This document shows, piece by piece, positions 54,106 through 55,611 of a stretch of 55,611 bases of DNA. The DNA is from an uncultured Gammaproteobacteria bacterium (lineage in GTDB: Bacteria > Patescibacteriota > Microgenomatia > Levybacterales > UBA12049). The number at the start of each line of letters is the position of its first letter. Position 1 is the stretch's first letter. The stretch lies in contig CAZERI010000002.1 in NCBI GenBank assembly GCA_964515545.1, forward strand, positions 1 through 55,611. The letters are read 5' to 3'. The notes below the pieces were generated by a model that had not been told where the DNA came from, made no database searches, and worked only from the letters and a program-made list of their open reading frames with translations. The translations under genes were made by a program, and so were the position numbers.

Positions 54106-55611
54106 AAAATGGGGAAGCTTAGTGGTACTTGGCCTCGCATTAGCAATTATTATTATTGATACAACTCTTCTTAATGTTTCGTTATCAACAATCATCCGGG
54201 AATTCAATATCAATATTCAAAGTATTCAATGGGTAATTACGGCCTACTCTTTAGTACTCGCTGCATTTACTATAACAGGGGGACGTATCGGAGATCTATT
54301 CGGACGGAAGAGAATGTTCATGCTGGGAGCAGTTATTTTTGCTGTTGGTTCTTTTGTCGCATCTATTAGTAATTCAGTGGGTATGCTTCTTATTGGTGAG
54401 TCAATAATAGAAGGAATTGGTGCTGCTCTTATGATGCCAGCTACTGCCTCACTTCTTGTGGCAAACTTTTCAGGGAGGGAGCGGGGAATTGCTTTCGGTG
54501 TATGGGGAGGTATCGCTGGTGCGTCAAGTGCCATTGGTCCTATCTTAGGTGGCTATTTAACAAACAACTTTAGTTGGAGATGGGGGTTTCGTATCAATGT
54601 CGTGGTAGCAGCTGTTCTTCTTATTGGCTCGTTAATTGTGAAAGAATCACATGATACCAAAGAAAAGCCAAAGCTTGATGTTCTTGGTGTCTTTTTATCT
54701 GCAATAGGTCTGTTAGGAATAGTTTTTGGTGTCATCGAATCTTCAACATATGGATGGCTGCATGCATCGAAAGCTTTTACAGTTTTAGATCATACCTTTG
54801 GGAAAGGCGGTATTTCGTTCGTGCCGTTTAGTATTGGTATCGGACTTATCTTCTTAGCATTATTTTTTTTATGGGAGGAAAAAGTAGAGAAAAGAGGAGA
54901 CACTCCACTTGTTTCGCTAGGGCTTTTTAAGAATAGAGTATTTAGTGCAGGTGTTCTGACGACTGCTATTGTTTCGTTGGGTCAAGTAGGATTAATCTTT
55001 GCACTTCCAGTCTTTCTCCAATCTGTCCTTAAGTTTGATGCTTTCCAGACAGGTATGGCTCTTCTTCCTCTCTCAATTGCGTTGCTAATCATGGCTCCTG
55101 TTTCAGGCTTTTTAAGCCATAGAGTGTCTCCCAAATATTTGGTTATCGGCGGGCTGTTACTCGATATCATTGCTATGTTTGTTATTAGAAATAGTCTATC
55201 TGTATGGGCCACTAAATCTGATTTAATACTCGGTCTTGGTCTGTATGGAGCAGGAATGGGACTTGTCATGGCTCAGGTTAGTAACTTAACCCTCTCGTCA
55301 GTACCTGTTCATCAGGCTGGAGAAGCATCGGGTGTAAATAATACTCTTCGTCAGGTAGGATCTACCTTAGGGTCAGCTATTGTAGGATCAATTCTTATTG
55401 CGAGTCTTTCAGCCAACATAGTAAAAGGCATCAATGATGATTTATTTATTCCTGCATCAGCTAAGCCTCAGATTATCAAAGCAGTCAGCAGTCAGACATC
55501 AAATGTAGAATTCGGTGGAGGAGCAAAAGTAAGTAGCGATGTTCCTCAGGTTATTACCGATCAGATAACAGCAATTGGTAAGAAAGCCACTGTTGAATCA
55601 GCTCGTGAATC
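54092..55611 (+). CDS. DHA2 (EmrB/QacA-like) MFS efflux transporter, 3' end outside window; not in ORF track
   Basis: MENIKKWGSLVVLG..DTTLLNV..QWVITAYSL..GGRIGDLFGRKR (MFS motif A)..WRWGF.IN. Confidence 0.93.
   Translation, partial: MENIKKWGSLVVLGLALAIIIIDTTLLNVSLSTIIREFNINIQSIQWVITAYSLVLAAFTITGGRIGDLFGRKRMFMLGAVIFAVGSFVASISNSVGMLLIGESIIEGIGAALMMPATASLLVANFSGRERGIAFGVWGGIAGASSAIGPILGGYLTNNFSWRWGFRINVVVAAVLLIGSLIVKESHDTKEKPKLDVLGVFLSAIGLLGIVFGVIESSTYGWLHASKAFTVLDHTFGKGGISFVPFSIGIGLIFLALFFLWEEKVEKRGDTPLVSLGLFKNRVFSAGVLTTAIVSLGQVGLIFALPVFLQSVLKFDAFQTGMALLPLSIALLIMAPVSGFLSHRVSPKYLVIGGLLLDIIAMFVIRNSLSVWATKSDLILGLGLYGAGMGLVMAQVSNLTLSSVPVHQAGEASGVNNTLRQVGSTLGSAIVGSILIASLSANIVKGINDDLFIPASAKPQIIKAVSSQTSNVEFGGGAKVSSDVPQVITDQITAIGKKATVESARE

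Overview
55.6-kb gene-dense, AT-rich bacterial chromosome segment. It is most consistent with a reduced-genome Patescibacteria/CPR (Microgenomates-like) organism. This is inference from the GAD-less AspRS, half-length TsaB, P/T-rich surface proteins and very short or overlapping intergenic spaces. In order: 3' end of prfB; ftsEX plus a coiled-coil/C39-like peptidase; tsaE-tsaC-tsaB; a nucleotide-sugar/glycosylation cluster (rfbCBD, ugd, rmd, gmd, uxs, GT2-GtrA, GT-C); sufCBDSU plus an unannotated 6-Cys microprotein; yjjX/nth/rdgB; a 2-oxoacid:ferredoxin oxidoreductase; DUF5679; secDF; an ABC-2 exporter; cca, recJ, aspS, gltX; cell-wall and accessory genes; a HAD/nucleoside-hydrolase operon; tRNA-Gln(CUG) with a small adjacent islet; GH18; marR and an MFS transporter running off the end. 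No CRISPR array, rRNA, integrase or transposase was seen. The most notable signals are regulatory. (1) An apparently complete leader-peptide transcription attenuator (leaderless 21-aa uORF with 1:2/2:3/3:4 helices) precedes the nucleotide-catabolism operon. (2) A 123-nt candidate two-state RNA leader precedes the ABC exporter. (3) Leaderless promoter architecture is pervasive (16 genes). Also notable are an Fe-S-clusterless endonuclease III and an FtsEX partner with a C39-like catalytic domain. All family assignments are from motif recognition by eye; no database searches or folding programs were run.
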